A DNA stretch of 63,885 nt, filler included, from Thermodesulfobacteriota bacterium (GTDB lineage: Bacteria > DASVDK01), in NCBI GenBank assembly GCA_036381125.1. It is 7 parts of 7 records of this genome, joined end to end, with 100 filler letters (N's around TTAATTAATTAA, not from the genome) between each part and the next. Parts side by side here need not be neighbours in the genome. Positions count along the whole stretch, not along the records: positions 38,356 to 58,680 come from DASVDK010000005.1; 6 more parts are not named here. The stretch is one strand, 5' to 3'. Positions 39,999-49,245 of this stretch are shown here, in pieces (position 1 is the first letter of the stretch; every line of letters begins with the position of its first letter). The position numbers were made by a program, and so were the translations under genes. Under the pieces are notes generated by a model. That model worked only from the letters and a program-made list of their open reading frames with translations. It made no database searches and was not told the DNA's origin.

Positions 39999-40520
39999 AT
40001 GATGACGGCAGGTCGAGACCGATCCGCGGCGCTGCTCGCCGCGCTCCTGCTAAGCGCCTGCGCCGTACCGCAGGGCGGCTACCCCGGCACGGCGTCGGTC
40101 GCGGCCGGCGCCCCGCCGCTCGTCCGGATCGACCGGACCGGGTCGACCCGGACCGATCCGGCGACGCTCTACGTCCCGCCGGGGACGGAGGTCACCTGGC
40201 AGAACGGGACGACGCGCCAGGTCTTCGTCCGCTTCGACGACCCCATCGACCAGGTCTGCGGCGACCCGGTCCGCTTCTCGCGCTCGACCGACGGCCGCTC
40301 GTTCGCGAGCGACTTCCTCGGCCCGTTCGAGGAGGCGCGCCTCTGCTTCCCGACGCCGGGCCGCTACGACTTCGTCGTGTCGATCACCGAGCCGGCCCGG
40401 ACCGGCCGCTTCTTTCCCCGCGACTCCCTTCCCCCTGCCAAGTACGGCACGGTGGTGGTCACGCGGCCGGCCTCCCGGCTCGGCGCCGAGGACCGTCCTC
40501 GTCAGGTCACCCCCATGTAG
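39999..40520 (+). CDS. lipoprotein with cupredoxin-like fold
   Basis: LSAC lipobox; P.TLYVPPG.EVTWQN, F.TPGRYDF. Confidence 0.6.
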   Translation: MMTAGRDRSAALLAALLLSACAVPQGGYPGTASVAAGAPPLVRIDRTGSTRTDPATLYVPPGTEVTWQNGTTRQVFVRFDDPIDQVCGDPVRFSRSTDGRSFASDFLGPFEEARLCFPTPGRYDFVVSITEPARTGRFFPRDSLPPAKYGTVVVTRPASRLGAEDRPRQVTPM

Positions 40521-41215
40521 AGGTCCATCAGGCGACGGTCGTCGGCCAGTTCGTCCGGCCGGCCGTGGAACCGCGCCTCGCCGGCGACGAGGATGTGGAC
40601 GACGTCGGCGATCGGCAGCGCCTCGCGGATGTTCTGCTCGACCATGAGGACGCCGATGCCCCGGTCCCTGAGCTCGCGGGCGCGGGCGAGGGCGTCGGCG
40701 ACCATGGCCGGCGCGAGGCCGGCCGACGGCTCGTCGAGCAGGACGAAGCGGGGCTCGGCGACGAGCACCCGCGCCATGGCGAGCATCATCCGCTCCCCCC
40801 CGCTGAGCTGGCCGGCCGGCACGGCGCGCCGCCTGGCGAGCGACGGGAACTCGCCGAGGAGGCGCTCCACCCGCCGCTCCACCGCGCGCCGGTCGGGGAT
40901 CGCGTAGCCGCCCATCCGGAGGTTCTCGACGACCGTGAGCCGGGGGAAGACGCCCCCGCTCTGCGGCAGCATGATCACCCCCCGCCGCACGACCTCGTGC
41001 ACCGGGAGCCCCGTCAGCTCGAGGTCGCCGAGGGCGACGCGCCCGCCCCAGATCGGGACGGCCCCGGCGATCGCCTTGAGGAGGGTGCTCTTGCCGCTGC
41101 CGTTCGGCCCGAACACGCAGGTGATCTCCCCGGCCCTCGCCTCGAGCGAGACGCCGTGCACCACCTCGTGCTTGCCGTACCCGGTGACGATCCGCTCGGC
41201 GGCGAGCGCCGGCAT
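40502..41215 (-). CDS. ABC ATP-binding protein (LivF-like)
   Basis: GPNGSGKST, LSGGE, LLDEPSAGL, VEQN. Confidence 0.93.
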   Translation of the reverse strand: MPALAAERIVTGYGKHEVVHGVSLEARAGEITCVFGPNGSGKSTLLKAIAGAVPIWGGRVALGDLELTGLPVHEVVRRGVIMLPQSGGVFPRLTVVENLRMGGYAIPDRRAVERRVERLLGEFPSLARRRAVPAGQLSGGERMMLAMARVLVAEPRFVLLDEPSAGLAPAMVADALARARELRDRGIGVLMVEQNIREALPIADVVHILVAGEARFHGRPDELADDRRLMDLYMGVT

Positions 41216-41934
41216 CAGGTCCTCCGCCCCAGGTAGGCCTGCATGACCCGCGAGTCGCGCAGCAGCCCCTCGAAGTCGCCGACCGCCACGATCTCGCCGA
41301 AGTTCATGACGGCGATCCGATCGCAGACCGCGCGGATGAACTCCATGTCGTGCTCGATCAGGAGGAACGTGGCCCCCGCCTCGCGCCTGGCCTTCACGGC
41401 GTCGAGGATGACCTGCCGGACGCTCACGTGCACGCCGGCGGTCGCCTCGTCGAGCAGGATCAGGCGCGGCTCGCGCATGAGCACCCGGCCGAGCTCGAGG
41501 AGCTTCTGCTGCCCGCCCGACAGGTCGGCCGCGAGGGTGTCGCGCACCGCCGCGAGCCGCAGGAGGTCGAGCACCCGGGCCGCCCGGGCCGGCGCGGTCC
41601 TCCACTCGCCCTCGACCGAGGCCGCCCTGAGGTTCTCGAGCACGGTCATGTGCTCGAAGAGCGCCGGGATCTGGAAGGTCCGCCCCACGCCGGCCCTCGC
41701 GATCCGGTGGGGCTTCCAGCCGGTCACGTCGACGCCCCCCACGCGGATGCGGCCGGCGTCGGGCGCGAGCACGCCCGAGATCAGGTTGAAGAGCGTGCTC
41801 TTGCCGCTCCCGTTGGGGCCGATGATCCCCACGATCTCCTGCGGGGCGACGGCGAGGTCGACGCCGCGAACGGCCTGGATGCCGCCGAAGGCGCGGTGGA
41901 CGCCGACGAGCTCGAGGAGGGGGGCCGCGGTCAC
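41215..41934 (-). CDS. ABC ATP-binding protein (LivG-like)
   Basis: GPNGSGKST, RTFQ, LSGGQQK, IEHDM. Confidence 0.93.
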   Translation of the reverse strand: MTAAPLLELVGVHRAFGGIQAVRGVDLAVAPQEIVGIIGPNGSGKSTLFNLISGVLAPDAGRIRVGGVDVTGWKPHRIARAGVGRTFQIPALFEHMTVLENLRAASVEGEWRTAPARAARVLDLLRLAAVRDTLAADLSGGQQKLLELGRVLMREPRLILLDEATAGVHVSVRQVILDAVKARREAGATFLLIEHDMEFIRAVCDRIAVMNFGEIVAVGDFEGLLRDSRVMQAYLGRRT

Positions 41935-42887
41935 CACAGCTTGCCGATGAGGGCCCGCAGCGCGCCCCGCCGCCGACGCCCCGACCCGAGGCTGACCAGG
42001 CCGTCGGGGAGGAACAGCACGACGGCGCCGATGGCGATGCCGAGGAGGGCGATGTACGCGGCCGTGTCGCCCCAGGTCGCCCAGAAGAACCGGTTCACCA
42101 GGTAGAGCGCCGCGGCGCCGAGCGCCGGCCCCCAGGGGTGACCGAGCCCGCCGAGGAGGACCATGACGACCATCTGGTCCGTGAGGTCGCCGCCCATGAC
42201 GCTCGGCGGGTCGATGAACGTGACCCAGTACGCGTAGATGCTCCCGAAGAGCGCCGCGAGGGCCGCGCTCAGCGCGAACGCCTGCACCTTCACCCGGGTC
42301 GTGTCGATCCCCATCGTCTCGGCCGCCACCTCGTTGTCGCGCAGCGCCTTGAGCCGGTAGCCGAAGCGGGCCCGCTCGAGGAGCACGTAGGCGAGGGCGT
42401 AGGTACCCGCCGCGGCCGCGAGCATCGTGTAGTAGAAGAACCGCTCGTCGAGGAGCGGCGGGAGGCTCAGGCCCCCCGTCCCGCCGGTGACGTCGAGGAG
42501 CGTCGCCAGCTCGAAGAGCACCTCGGCGAAGGCCCAGGTCGCGATCGCGAAGTAGGCCCCGCGCAGCCGGAGCGTCGGCGCGCCGATCGCGGCCGCGAGC
42601 GCCGCGGCGACGGCCAGGCCGACCGGCAGCGTGAGGAAGAAGGGCCACTCGTGGTCGTATCCCATGAGGATGGCCGTGCTGTAGGCGCCGACCCCGAAGA
42701 AGGCCGCGTGACCGAAGTTCACGTAGCCGGCGTAGCCGCCCACGATGTTCCAGGAGCAGGCGAGCCCGGCCCACATGAGCGCGCCGGTCGCGATGCGGGT
42801 CCAGTACGAGGAGGTCCAGAGCGGCAGCGCGAGGAGCGCCGCCGCGACGGCCGCGAGCAGGACCGCCCTGGCTGCCGTTCCCCTCAC
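41931..42887 (-). CDS. ABC permease (LivM-like)
   Basis: WNIVGGYAG..NFGHAAF.G.GAY, ALRDNE.AA. Confidence 0.92.
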   Translation of the reverse strand: MRGTAARAVLLAAVAAALLALPLWTSSYWTRIATGALMWAGLACSWNIVGGYAGYVNFGHAAFFGVGAYSTAILMGYDHEWPFFLTLPVGLAVAAALAAAIGAPTLRLRGAYFAIATWAFAEVLFELATLLDVTGGTGGLSLPPLLDERFFYYTMLAAAAGTYALAYVLLERARFGYRLKALRDNEVAAETMGIDTTRVKVQAFALSAALAALFGSIYAYWVTFIDPPSVMGGDLTDQMVVMVLLGGLGHPWGPALGAAALYLVNRFFWATWGDTAAYIALLGIAIGAVVLFLPDGLVSLGSGRRRRGALRALIGKLW

Positions 42888-43768
42888 GACTCGGCGATCG
42901 CCCCGCGGCGGAGGATCCCCTGCGGCGAGAGCAGGAGGACGAGGTAGAGGGTGCCGAAGACGACGAGGTGCGAGTAGCTGCTGCCGACGTACACCGCGAC
43001 CATGGCCTCGAGGACCCCGAGGAAGAGCGCCGCCGCCAGGACGCCCCCGACCGACCCGAGCCCGGCCAGGACGGCCACGAAGAAGGCGAAGAGGGTATAC
43101 CGCAGGCCCGTCTCCGGCGTGACCGAGTAGATGGCGGCCATCAGGACGCCGGCCACGCCGGTGAGCCCGGTGTAGAGCGCATAGACCAGGGCGGAGAGCC
43201 GCTTCACGTCCACCCCCATGAGCCCGGCGTACTCCCGGCTCTGGGCGGTGGCCCTGATCGCCAGCCCGAGCCGCGTCCGGTACAGGACGGCGAAGAGCCC
43301 GAGGGCGAGCGCGGCGGCGAAGAGGAACGCGATCAGCCTGAGCAGCGGGACCACGACCGGCCCGATCCGGATGTTCTCGCCGCTCGCGACCGTGGAGACG
43401 GCGCGGGTGTCGAACCCCCAGAAGGTGAGCGCGCCGCCGCGCATGACGAGGAACAGGCCGAACGTGAAGGCGAGCGTCATGAGCGCCGGCCGCGCGTAGC
43501 GGGTCGCCCGGACCCGGTAGACGAGCGGCCCGAGGAGGTACCCGGTCGCCGCGAACAGGGCGAAGGTCGCCGGCAGGAGGAGGAAGGGGTCCACGCCGAG
43601 GAGCGTGGACCCCCAGTAGCCGGCGTAGCCGCCGAGCATCACCCAGCCGCCGACGGCGAAGTCGACGACGTGCAGCACGCCGAAGGCGAGCTGGAAGCCG
43701 AGCGAGAAGGCGGCGAAGACGCCGCCGATCAGGAGCCCGTTGATCGCGGTCTGCAGGAAGAGGTCCAT
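42884..43768 (-). CDS. ABC permease (LivH-like)
   Basis: NGLL.GG, G.AIRA.AQ...A.LMGV. Confidence 0.92.
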   Translation of the reverse strand: MDLFLQTAINGLLIGGVFAAFSLGFQLAFGVLHVVDFAVGGWVMLGGYAGYWGSTLLGVDPFLLLPATFALFAATGYLLGPLVYRVRATRYARPALMTLAFTFGLFLVMRGGALTFWGFDTRAVSTVASGENIRIGPVVVPLLRLIAFLFAAALALGLFAVLYRTRLGLAIRATAQSREYAGLMGVDVKRLSALVYALYTGLTGVAGVLMAAIYSVTPETGLRYTLFAFFVAVLAGLGSVGGVLAAALFLGVLEAMVAVYVGSSYSHLVVFGTLYLVLLLSPQGILRRGAIAES

Positions 43769-45028
43769 CTACGTCCACGCGGGCAGCGGGTAGACCATGT
43801 CGGTCTTCTTGGCGTCCTGCGGCCCCACCGTCAACTGCTGTCCGCCGCGGATCTGGATCAGCACCGGCACCGGCTCGATGTTGCAGTGGTGGTGATCCCC
43901 CGACTTCGCGAACCGGACCGGCCCGTAGAAGGTGGTCAGGCTCGCGTCCTCGATCGCCGCGTTGAGCGCCTGACGGTCCTCGGGCGAGTACGGCGGCAGC
44001 TTGCCGAGCTTCCGGATCGCCGCGGCCAGGACGAGGCCGCTCGCCGAGCAGGCGGCCTCGGTGTAGTCGGGGTGGGTCCCCCAGCGCTTGAAGGACGCCT
44101 GGTCGTACTGCTGCGCGGTGCCGAAGACCTCGTCCTTGTAGGGGACGTCGGGCGTCCAGACCGTGATCCCGAGCGTCCCGTCGGCGTCCTTGCCGAGCTG
44201 CTCCGCGAAGGCCGGGACCGTGACGCCGTAGTGCATGATGAGCGCCTTCGGCCGGTAGCCGAGCGCCTTCGACGCCTTGACGAAGTTGATCAGGACCTCC
44301 TCATGGCCGCCCACGGCGACGATGTCCGGGTTCGCCGAGGCCACGCTCGACACGACCGGCGCCAGGTCGGCGCGCGCCGGGATCAGGTCGTACCGGGCCA
44401 CCTCGAGCTTGATGTCCCGGGCCCCCTTCTGGAAGCCCTCGGCGGTCTCCTTCGAGAACGGCTCGTTCACGCCGATGACCGCCGCCGAGCGCGGCTTCGG
44501 GTTCGCCTGCTCGACGATGACCGCGAGCGACTTGCCGGCGGTGAGGTCGACCGCCGGGATCATGCCGAACGTGTACGTCGGCCTTCGCTTCCAGACGTTC
44601 GGCGACTCGGCGGACCCGGCGATCATCGGCACCCGGTACTTGTCGCAGATCGGCGAGACCGCGATCGTCGAGCCGCTCGTGTAGGGGCCGAAGATGGCGT
44701 CGACCTTCTCCTGGACGATCAGGCGCTCGGCCGCGTCCGCGCCGGCCGACGGCGTGCTCTGGTCGTCGCCGTAGAACATCTGGACCCGGACGCGCCGGCC
44801 GCCGACCTCGACGCCGCCCGCGGCGTTGACGGTCTCCGCCCAGAAGTCGTAGCCGCGCTTCGTGAGGTTGCCGCCGAGCACGTCCTTGCCCGAGAGCGAC
44901 GTGACGACGCCGACCCGAAGGACCGGCGCCTCGCCCCCGCGCGCGCTCGGGGCCGTGAGGCCGGCAGCCGCTCCGGCGGCCAGACCGCTCCGCGCAAGGA
45001 ACTTCCGCCTGGTGATTCCGTGTGCCAT
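43769..45028 (-). CDS. ABC substrate-binding protein (Liv type, Tat signal)
   Basis: TRRKFL Tat motif; NAAGG, DDQS, FGPYTS. Confidence 0.9.
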   Translation of the reverse strand: MAHGITRRKFLARSGLAAGAAAGLTAPSARGGEAPVLRVGVVTSLSGKDVLGGNLTKRGYDFWAETVNAAGGVEVGGRRVRVQMFYGDDQSTPSAGADAAERLIVQEKVDAIFGPYTSGSTIAVSPICDKYRVPMIAGSAESPNVWKRRPTYTFGMIPAVDLTAGKSLAVIVEQANPKPRSAAVIGVNEPFSKETAEGFQKGARDIKLEVARYDLIPARADLAPVVSSVASANPDIVAVGGHEEVLINFVKASKALGYRPKALIMHYGVTVPAFAEQLGKDADGTLGITVWTPDVPYKDEVFGTAQQYDQASFKRWGTHPDYTEAACSASGLVLAAAIRKLGKLPPYSPEDRQALNAAIEDASLTTFYGPVRFAKSGDHHHCNIEPVPVLIQIRGGQQLTVGPQDAKKTDMVYPLPAWT

Positions 45029-45235
45029 CCCGCGTACCTCCTGGCTCTGCCGTCTCCCGGGGCCCCGTCGTGCCGGCCGACCCGCGGGCCGCCCGAGCCC
45101 GCGGTCGGATGCGTCCGCCACCCCGGATCGCACGCTCCCGAGGCCGTCAGTGCCACTATAACGGAATTTCGCCCCCGCCCGTCCTCGGAACCGGCCGGCG
45201 CGGCGCCTCGACCCGCCGCGCGCGGCCGTTGCCAC

Positions 45236-45266
45236 TTGACATCGTCGTGCTTTGGACATAGTCTAA
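45236..45266 (+). promoter_or_regulatory. sigma70 promoter overlapped by a Fur/PerR-type box
   Basis: TTGACA-17-TAGTCT; TTGGAC-ata-GTCTAA overlaps the -10. Confidence 0.7.
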
Positions 45267-45272
45267 CCGACC

Positions 45273-45707
45273 GTGAAGCCCGACGTCGTGCAAACGCTTC
45301 GTGAGCGGGGCATTCAGCCCTCGGCGCAGCGCGTGGCCGTCGCGCAGTACGCGCTGTTCACGGACGAGCACCCGTCGGCCGACCAGGTCTGGGAGCGCGC
45401 GAGCGGCTCGCTGCCGATGCTCTCCCGGGCCACCGTCTACAACACGCTGAACCTCTTCGTCCGCAAGGGCCTCCTGCGCGCGTTCGTGCTCGCGGAGGGC
45501 CGGGTGGTCTTCGACCCGAACGTCGAGGCCCACCACCACTTCATCGACGACGCCACCGGCGCCATCCACGACGTCCCGTGGGACGCCGTGCAGGTCCACA
45601 ACGTCGACGCCCTCGAGGACTACGACGTGCGGGAGTACCAGGTGGTCATGCACGGGCGGCGGCGGGCGCCGGCGGGCGCGAGGAAGTCGGGCGGGCGGAG
45701 GCGGTAG
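45273..45707 (+). CDS. Fur-family regulator (PerR/Irr-like)
   Basis: QR.A, HPSAD, SRATVYNTL, FD.N..AHHHF; no CxxC; directly upstream of ahpCD. Confidence 0.9.
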   Translation: MKPDVVQTLRERGIQPSAQRVAVAQYALFTDEHPSADQVWERASGSLPMLSRATVYNTLNLFVRKGLLRAFVLAEGRVVFDPNVEAHHHFIDDATGAIHDVPWDAVQVHNVDALEDYDVREYQVVMHGRRRAPAGARKSGGRRR

Positions 45708-45720
45708 CGCGTCCTTTTTT

Positions 45721-45764
45721 TTGGGACCGTGTTTAGACACCGTATAACCCTGGACACTGTTCAC
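45721..45764 (+). promoter_or_regulatory. ahpC promoter with three Fur/PerR-type boxes
   Basis: TGGGAC-cgt-GTTTAG, TTAGAC-acc-GTATAA, CTGGAC-act-GTTCAC. Confidence 0.6.
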
Positions 45765-45791
45765 GCAACGGAGACACACGGAGGCCTGTGC

Positions 45792-46331
45792 ATGCTGACC
45801 GTCGGAGACCGGATGCCGGAGTTCGCCCTGCAGGGCGTGGTGAGCCTCGAAAAGGGCAAGGAGTTCGAGGTGATCACCGACCGGGGCTACCCGGGCAAGT
45901 GGAAGGTCCTCTTCCTCTGGCCCATGGACTTCACCTTCGTCTGCCCGACCGAGATCGCGGAGTTCGGCCGGCGGGAGCGCGACTTCCGGGACCGTGACGC
46001 CCAGGTGCTCGGCGCGAGCACCGACACGCACTACGTCCACCTCGCGTGGCGCAGGGACCACCCGGACCTGCGGGACCTCCCCTTCCCGATGCTCGCCGAC
46101 ACGAAGCGCGAGCTGTCGACCGCGCTCGGCGTGCTCCACAAGACGGACGGGGTCCCGCTCCGGGCGACGTTCGTGGTCGACCCCGACGGGATCATCCGCT
46201 TCGTCAGCGTGAACGACCTGTCCGTCGGCCGGAACGTGGACGAGGTGCTCCGCGTGCTCGACGCCCTGCAGACGGACGAGCTGTGCCCCTGCAACTGGAA
46301 GAAGGGCGAGCCGACGCTCGCGGTGGCCTAG
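45792..46331 (+). CDS. ahpC: peroxiredoxin AhpC
   Basis: DFTFVCPTEI, GRNVDEVLR, ELCPCNW. Confidence 0.96.
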   Translation: MLTVGDRMPEFALQGVVSLEKGKEFEVITDRGYPGKWKVLFLWPMDFTFVCPTEIAEFGRRERDFRDRDAQVLGASTDTHYVHLAWRRDHPDLRDLPFPMLADTKRELSTALGVLHKTDGVPLRATFVVDPDGIIRFVSVNDLSVGRNVDEVLRVLDALQTDELCPCNWKKGEPTLAVA

Positions 46332-46333
46332 CG

Positions 46334-46879
46334 ATGGCGGCCCTCGAGCGACTCCGGGACGCGATCCCCGAGCCGGCGAAGGACATCCGGCTGAACCTCC
46401 AGTCGGTCCTCCAGGCCGGGGTCCTCACGCCGGCGCAGCGCTGGGGCGTGGCGGCGGCGTCGGCGATCGCCGCGCGCAACCCGGAACTCAGCCGGGCGGT
46501 GCTCGCCGACGCGCGGAGCGAGGCGGGCGCGGCGGTCGTCGACGACGCAATGGCGGCCGCCGCCCTGATGGCGATGAACAACGTGTACTACCGGTTCCGC
46601 CACGTCGTCGGCAAGCCGGGCTACTCGGAGAAGCCGGCCCGGCTCAGGATGAACCGGCTCGCCAGCCCCGCCACGAGCAAGGTCGATTTCGAGCTGTTCT
46701 CGCTCGCCGTGAGCGCCGTCAACGGCTGCGAGGCCTGCGTGCGGGCGCACGAGAAGGTGGTGCTCGAGGGCGGCCTCACGGAGGATCACGTCCACGAGGC
46801 GGTGCGGATCGCGGCCGTCGTGCACGCGGCCGCCGTGGCGCTCGAGATGGGCGCCGCGGAGGCGACGGCGGGGGTCTGA
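46334..46879 (+). CDS. ahpD: alkylhydroperoxidase AhpD
   Basis: KDIRLNL, MAMNNVYYR, NGCEACVRAH. Confidence 0.95.
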   Translation: MAALERLRDAIPEPAKDIRLNLQSVLQAGVLTPAQRWGVAAASAIAARNPELSRAVLADARSEAGAAVVDDAMAAAALMAMNNVYYRFRHVVGKPGYSEKPARLRMNRLASPATSKVDFELFSLAVSAVNGCEACVRAHEKVVLEGGLTEDHVHEAVRIAAVVHAAAVALEMGAAEATAGV

Positions 46880-46943
46880 ACCGCCGGGTCCGTTGCCGGG
46901 CGCGAGGCCGGCGCCTCGCGCCCGGACGGGACCTTCGGCCCGG

Positions 46944-47990
46944 TCAGCTCAGCTCGGGTACGACCGGCCGCTTCTCCTTCCAGAGGCAGGCGACGCCCGG
47001 CACCTCCCACTTCTCCCACATCTCGTCCACCTTCCGCTGGAAGTAGTCGACGTCCTCGTCGGTGAAGTGGGCGAAGCGGCCCTGCTTGAGGAGGTACTCG
47101 CGCACCGGCTTGCGCGGCTTGCCCTCCGCGTGCCCCTTGCTCTTGCCGTAGTACTTGACGACCCCGTCCTCCACCTCGTAGAGCGGGAAGATCCCGGTCT
47201 CGACCGCCAGCTCCCCGAGGTCGTGCGAGAGCATCGGGTCGTAGTCCCACCCCTTCGGGCAGGGATCGAGCGAGTGGATGAAGGTCGGCCCGCCGATCGA
47301 GAGGGCGCGCCGCACCTTGTTCGTGAACTCGACCGGGTACGACGCGCAGACGGTCGCCACGTACCGGCACTCCGGATGCCCCGCCGCGAGCATCCCCGCG
47401 GTGTTCTTCTTCCACCGGGTGTGGATGATCCGCTTGACGCTCCCCGGCGGGCTGAAGGTCGTGTTCGCCCCGTACGGCGTCGAGCCGGAGAGCTGGATGT
47501 CGGTGTTGGCGTACGACTCGTTGTCGTAGAGCAGGATGAGGCTGTTGTACTCCTTGTGGGTCAGCGTGGCCGAGATGGCGGCAAGGCCCATGTCGGCGCC
47601 GCCGCCGTCGCCGCAGAAGGCGATCACGTTGATCGGCTCGCTCTTGATCTTCCCCTTCTTCATGAGGGCCTTGAGGCCGGCCGAGGTCCCGAGCGCCGCC
47701 GAGCCCGAGGAGCCGAGCTGCGTGTGCATCCAGGGCACCACCCAGGGGGTCGTGTAGTACGTCGTGTTCGCCACGTACATGCAGCCGGTCGACCCGAGCA
47801 CGATCGTGCGCGGGCCGGCCGCCTTGGCCATCAGCTTCATGACGAGGGCCGACTCGCACCCCTGGCAGGTGCGGTGCCCCGACGTGAAGTACTCCGCGAG
47901 CGGCAGCTTGTGGACGCCCTTGATGGGCTCCAGCTTCTGCGTCGCGTTCGTGAAGGCGGACGAACTACCTGACTTCGTTGCCGTCGTCAT
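46944..47990 (-). CDS. 2-oxoacid:ferredoxin oxidoreductase beta subunit (oxalate oxidoreductase-like)
   Basis: GHRTCQGC, TGCMYVANT, GDGG, DNESYANT, PCPKGW. Confidence 0.9.
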   Translation of the reverse strand: MTTATKSGSSSAFTNATQKLEPIKGVHKLPLAEYFTSGHRTCQGCESALVMKLMAKAAGPRTIVLGSTGCMYVANTTYYTTPWVVPWMHTQLGSSGSAALGTSAGLKALMKKGKIKSEPINVIAFCGDGGGADMGLAAISATLTHKEYNSLILLYDNESYANTDIQLSGSTPYGANTTFSPPGSVKRIIHTRWKKNTAGMLAAGHPECRYVATVCASYPVEFTNKVRRALSIGGPTFIHSLDPCPKGWDYDPMLSHDLGELAVETGIFPLYEVEDGVVKYYGKSKGHAEGKPRKPVREYLLKQGRFAHFTDEDVDYFQRKVDEMWEKWEVPGVACLWKEKRPVVPELS

Positions 47991-47999
47991 GACGATCTC

Positions 48000-49229
48000 C
48001 TACTCGCGCACGCCGAGCCACGTGGTCTTCGACGGCGACGTCCCGCTCGCCGCGGCCGCGTAGCACATGTCGGTCGCCTTGTAGACGTCCTCGAGCGTCA
48101 CCTCGCGCCCGCCGAGCCCGCAGATGAAGGAGAGGAGCGGCGGATGGTGCGGCGCGTGGTACAGGGCGGCCCGGACCTCGTTGGCGAGGACGCCCGAGCC
48201 GAAGGGGGAGCCGAACGAGTAGTCGCGGTCGATGATGCCGACGACCTTCGCCCTCGAGAGCGCCGCCACGAGCCTCTCGGTCGCGAAGGGCCGGAACCAC
48301 CGCTGCCGGATGAGGCCCACCTTCTTGCCCTGCTTGCGCATCTCGCGGATGCCGACCTTGAAGGGCAGCGAGATGGTCCCCATTCCCATGAGGATCACCT
48401 CCGCGTCCTCGGTCATGTACTCCTCGAACCAGGGGTTCTCCGGGCCGCGGCCGAAGACCTTCCGGAAGTCGGCGTACGCCTCCTCGATCACCGTGTACGC
48501 CCGCTCCATCGCCGCGTCGTTCTGGCGGCGGATCTCGATGACCCAGTCCTCGTTCGCCTGCGGCGCGACGGTGATCGGGTTGTCGGGGTGGAGCTGCAGC
48601 TCGTGCCGGTTGTAGGGCGGCAGGAACCGCTTCACCTTCTCCTCGGCCGGGACGCTGACCAGCGCCTGCGAGTGCGTGAGGAAGGCGCCGTCGGCCGAGA
48701 TGGCGATCGGCAGCAGGACGCGCCGGTCCTCGGCGATCCGGTAGGCGAGGAGCGTCGTGTCGAGCATCTCCTGCGCCGTGTCGACCCAGATGAGCATCCA
48801 GCCGAGGTCGCGCACGGCGAGGGCGTCGTTGTGCTCGACGCCGAAGGCGCCGGGGTCGTCGAGGGCGCGGTTGCCCACCATGGCCACCATGGGGACGCGC
48901 AGGGGCGGCGTCACCGTGAGGCACTCCATCGCGTACATCCAGCCGACGCCCGAGGAGCCGCAGAAGACGCGCGCGCCGACCGTCGACGCGTGCTTCACGA
49001 TCTCGAACTGGCTGTGCTCGCCCTCGGCCACGATGTACTCGGCCACGAGCTTCCCGTTGGCGATCTTCTTGGCGATCGCCTGCATGACCGTGTCGTACGG
49101 CCGGATGGGATACGCAGTGACCACATCGATGTCCGCCAGCGCCAGCGCCTCGGCGCAGGCCTCGCTGCCGGAGAGGAGCCGCTCGACGTCGCCGTCGTGG
49201 GCGACGGGCGGCCGCATCGCGACTGCCAT
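48000..49229 (-). CDS. 2-oxoacid:ferredoxin oxidoreductase alpha subunit (YPIRP type)
   Basis: AYPIRPY, EGEH, GSSGVG, NRALDDPGAFGVEHND, FRPF, GLGG. Confidence 0.9.
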   Translation of the reverse strand: MAVAMRPPVAHDGDVERLLSGSEACAEALALADIDVVTAYPIRPYDTVMQAIAKKIANGKLVAEYIVAEGEHSQFEIVKHASTVGARVFCGSSGVGWMYAMECLTVTPPLRVPMVAMVGNRALDDPGAFGVEHNDALAVRDLGWMLIWVDTAQEMLDTTLLAYRIAEDRRVLLPIAISADGAFLTHSQALVSVPAEEKVKRFLPPYNRHELQLHPDNPITVAPQANEDWVIEIRRQNDAAMERAYTVIEEAYADFRKVFGRGPENPWFEEYMTEDAEVILMGMGTISLPFKVGIREMRKQGKKVGLIRQRWFRPFATERLVAALSRAKVVGIIDRDYSFGSPFGSGVLANEVRAALYHAPHHPPLLSFICGLGGREVTLEDVYKATDMCYAAAASGTSPSKTTWLGVRE

Positions 49230-49245
49230 GACTCTCCTCCCTTCC

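Noticed and set aside
39977-40004. 14-nt tandem GCGTGCGTATGATG as a mobile-element scar
   Set aside because: A single short duplication with no other evidence; it could be simple slippage at the promoter or start.
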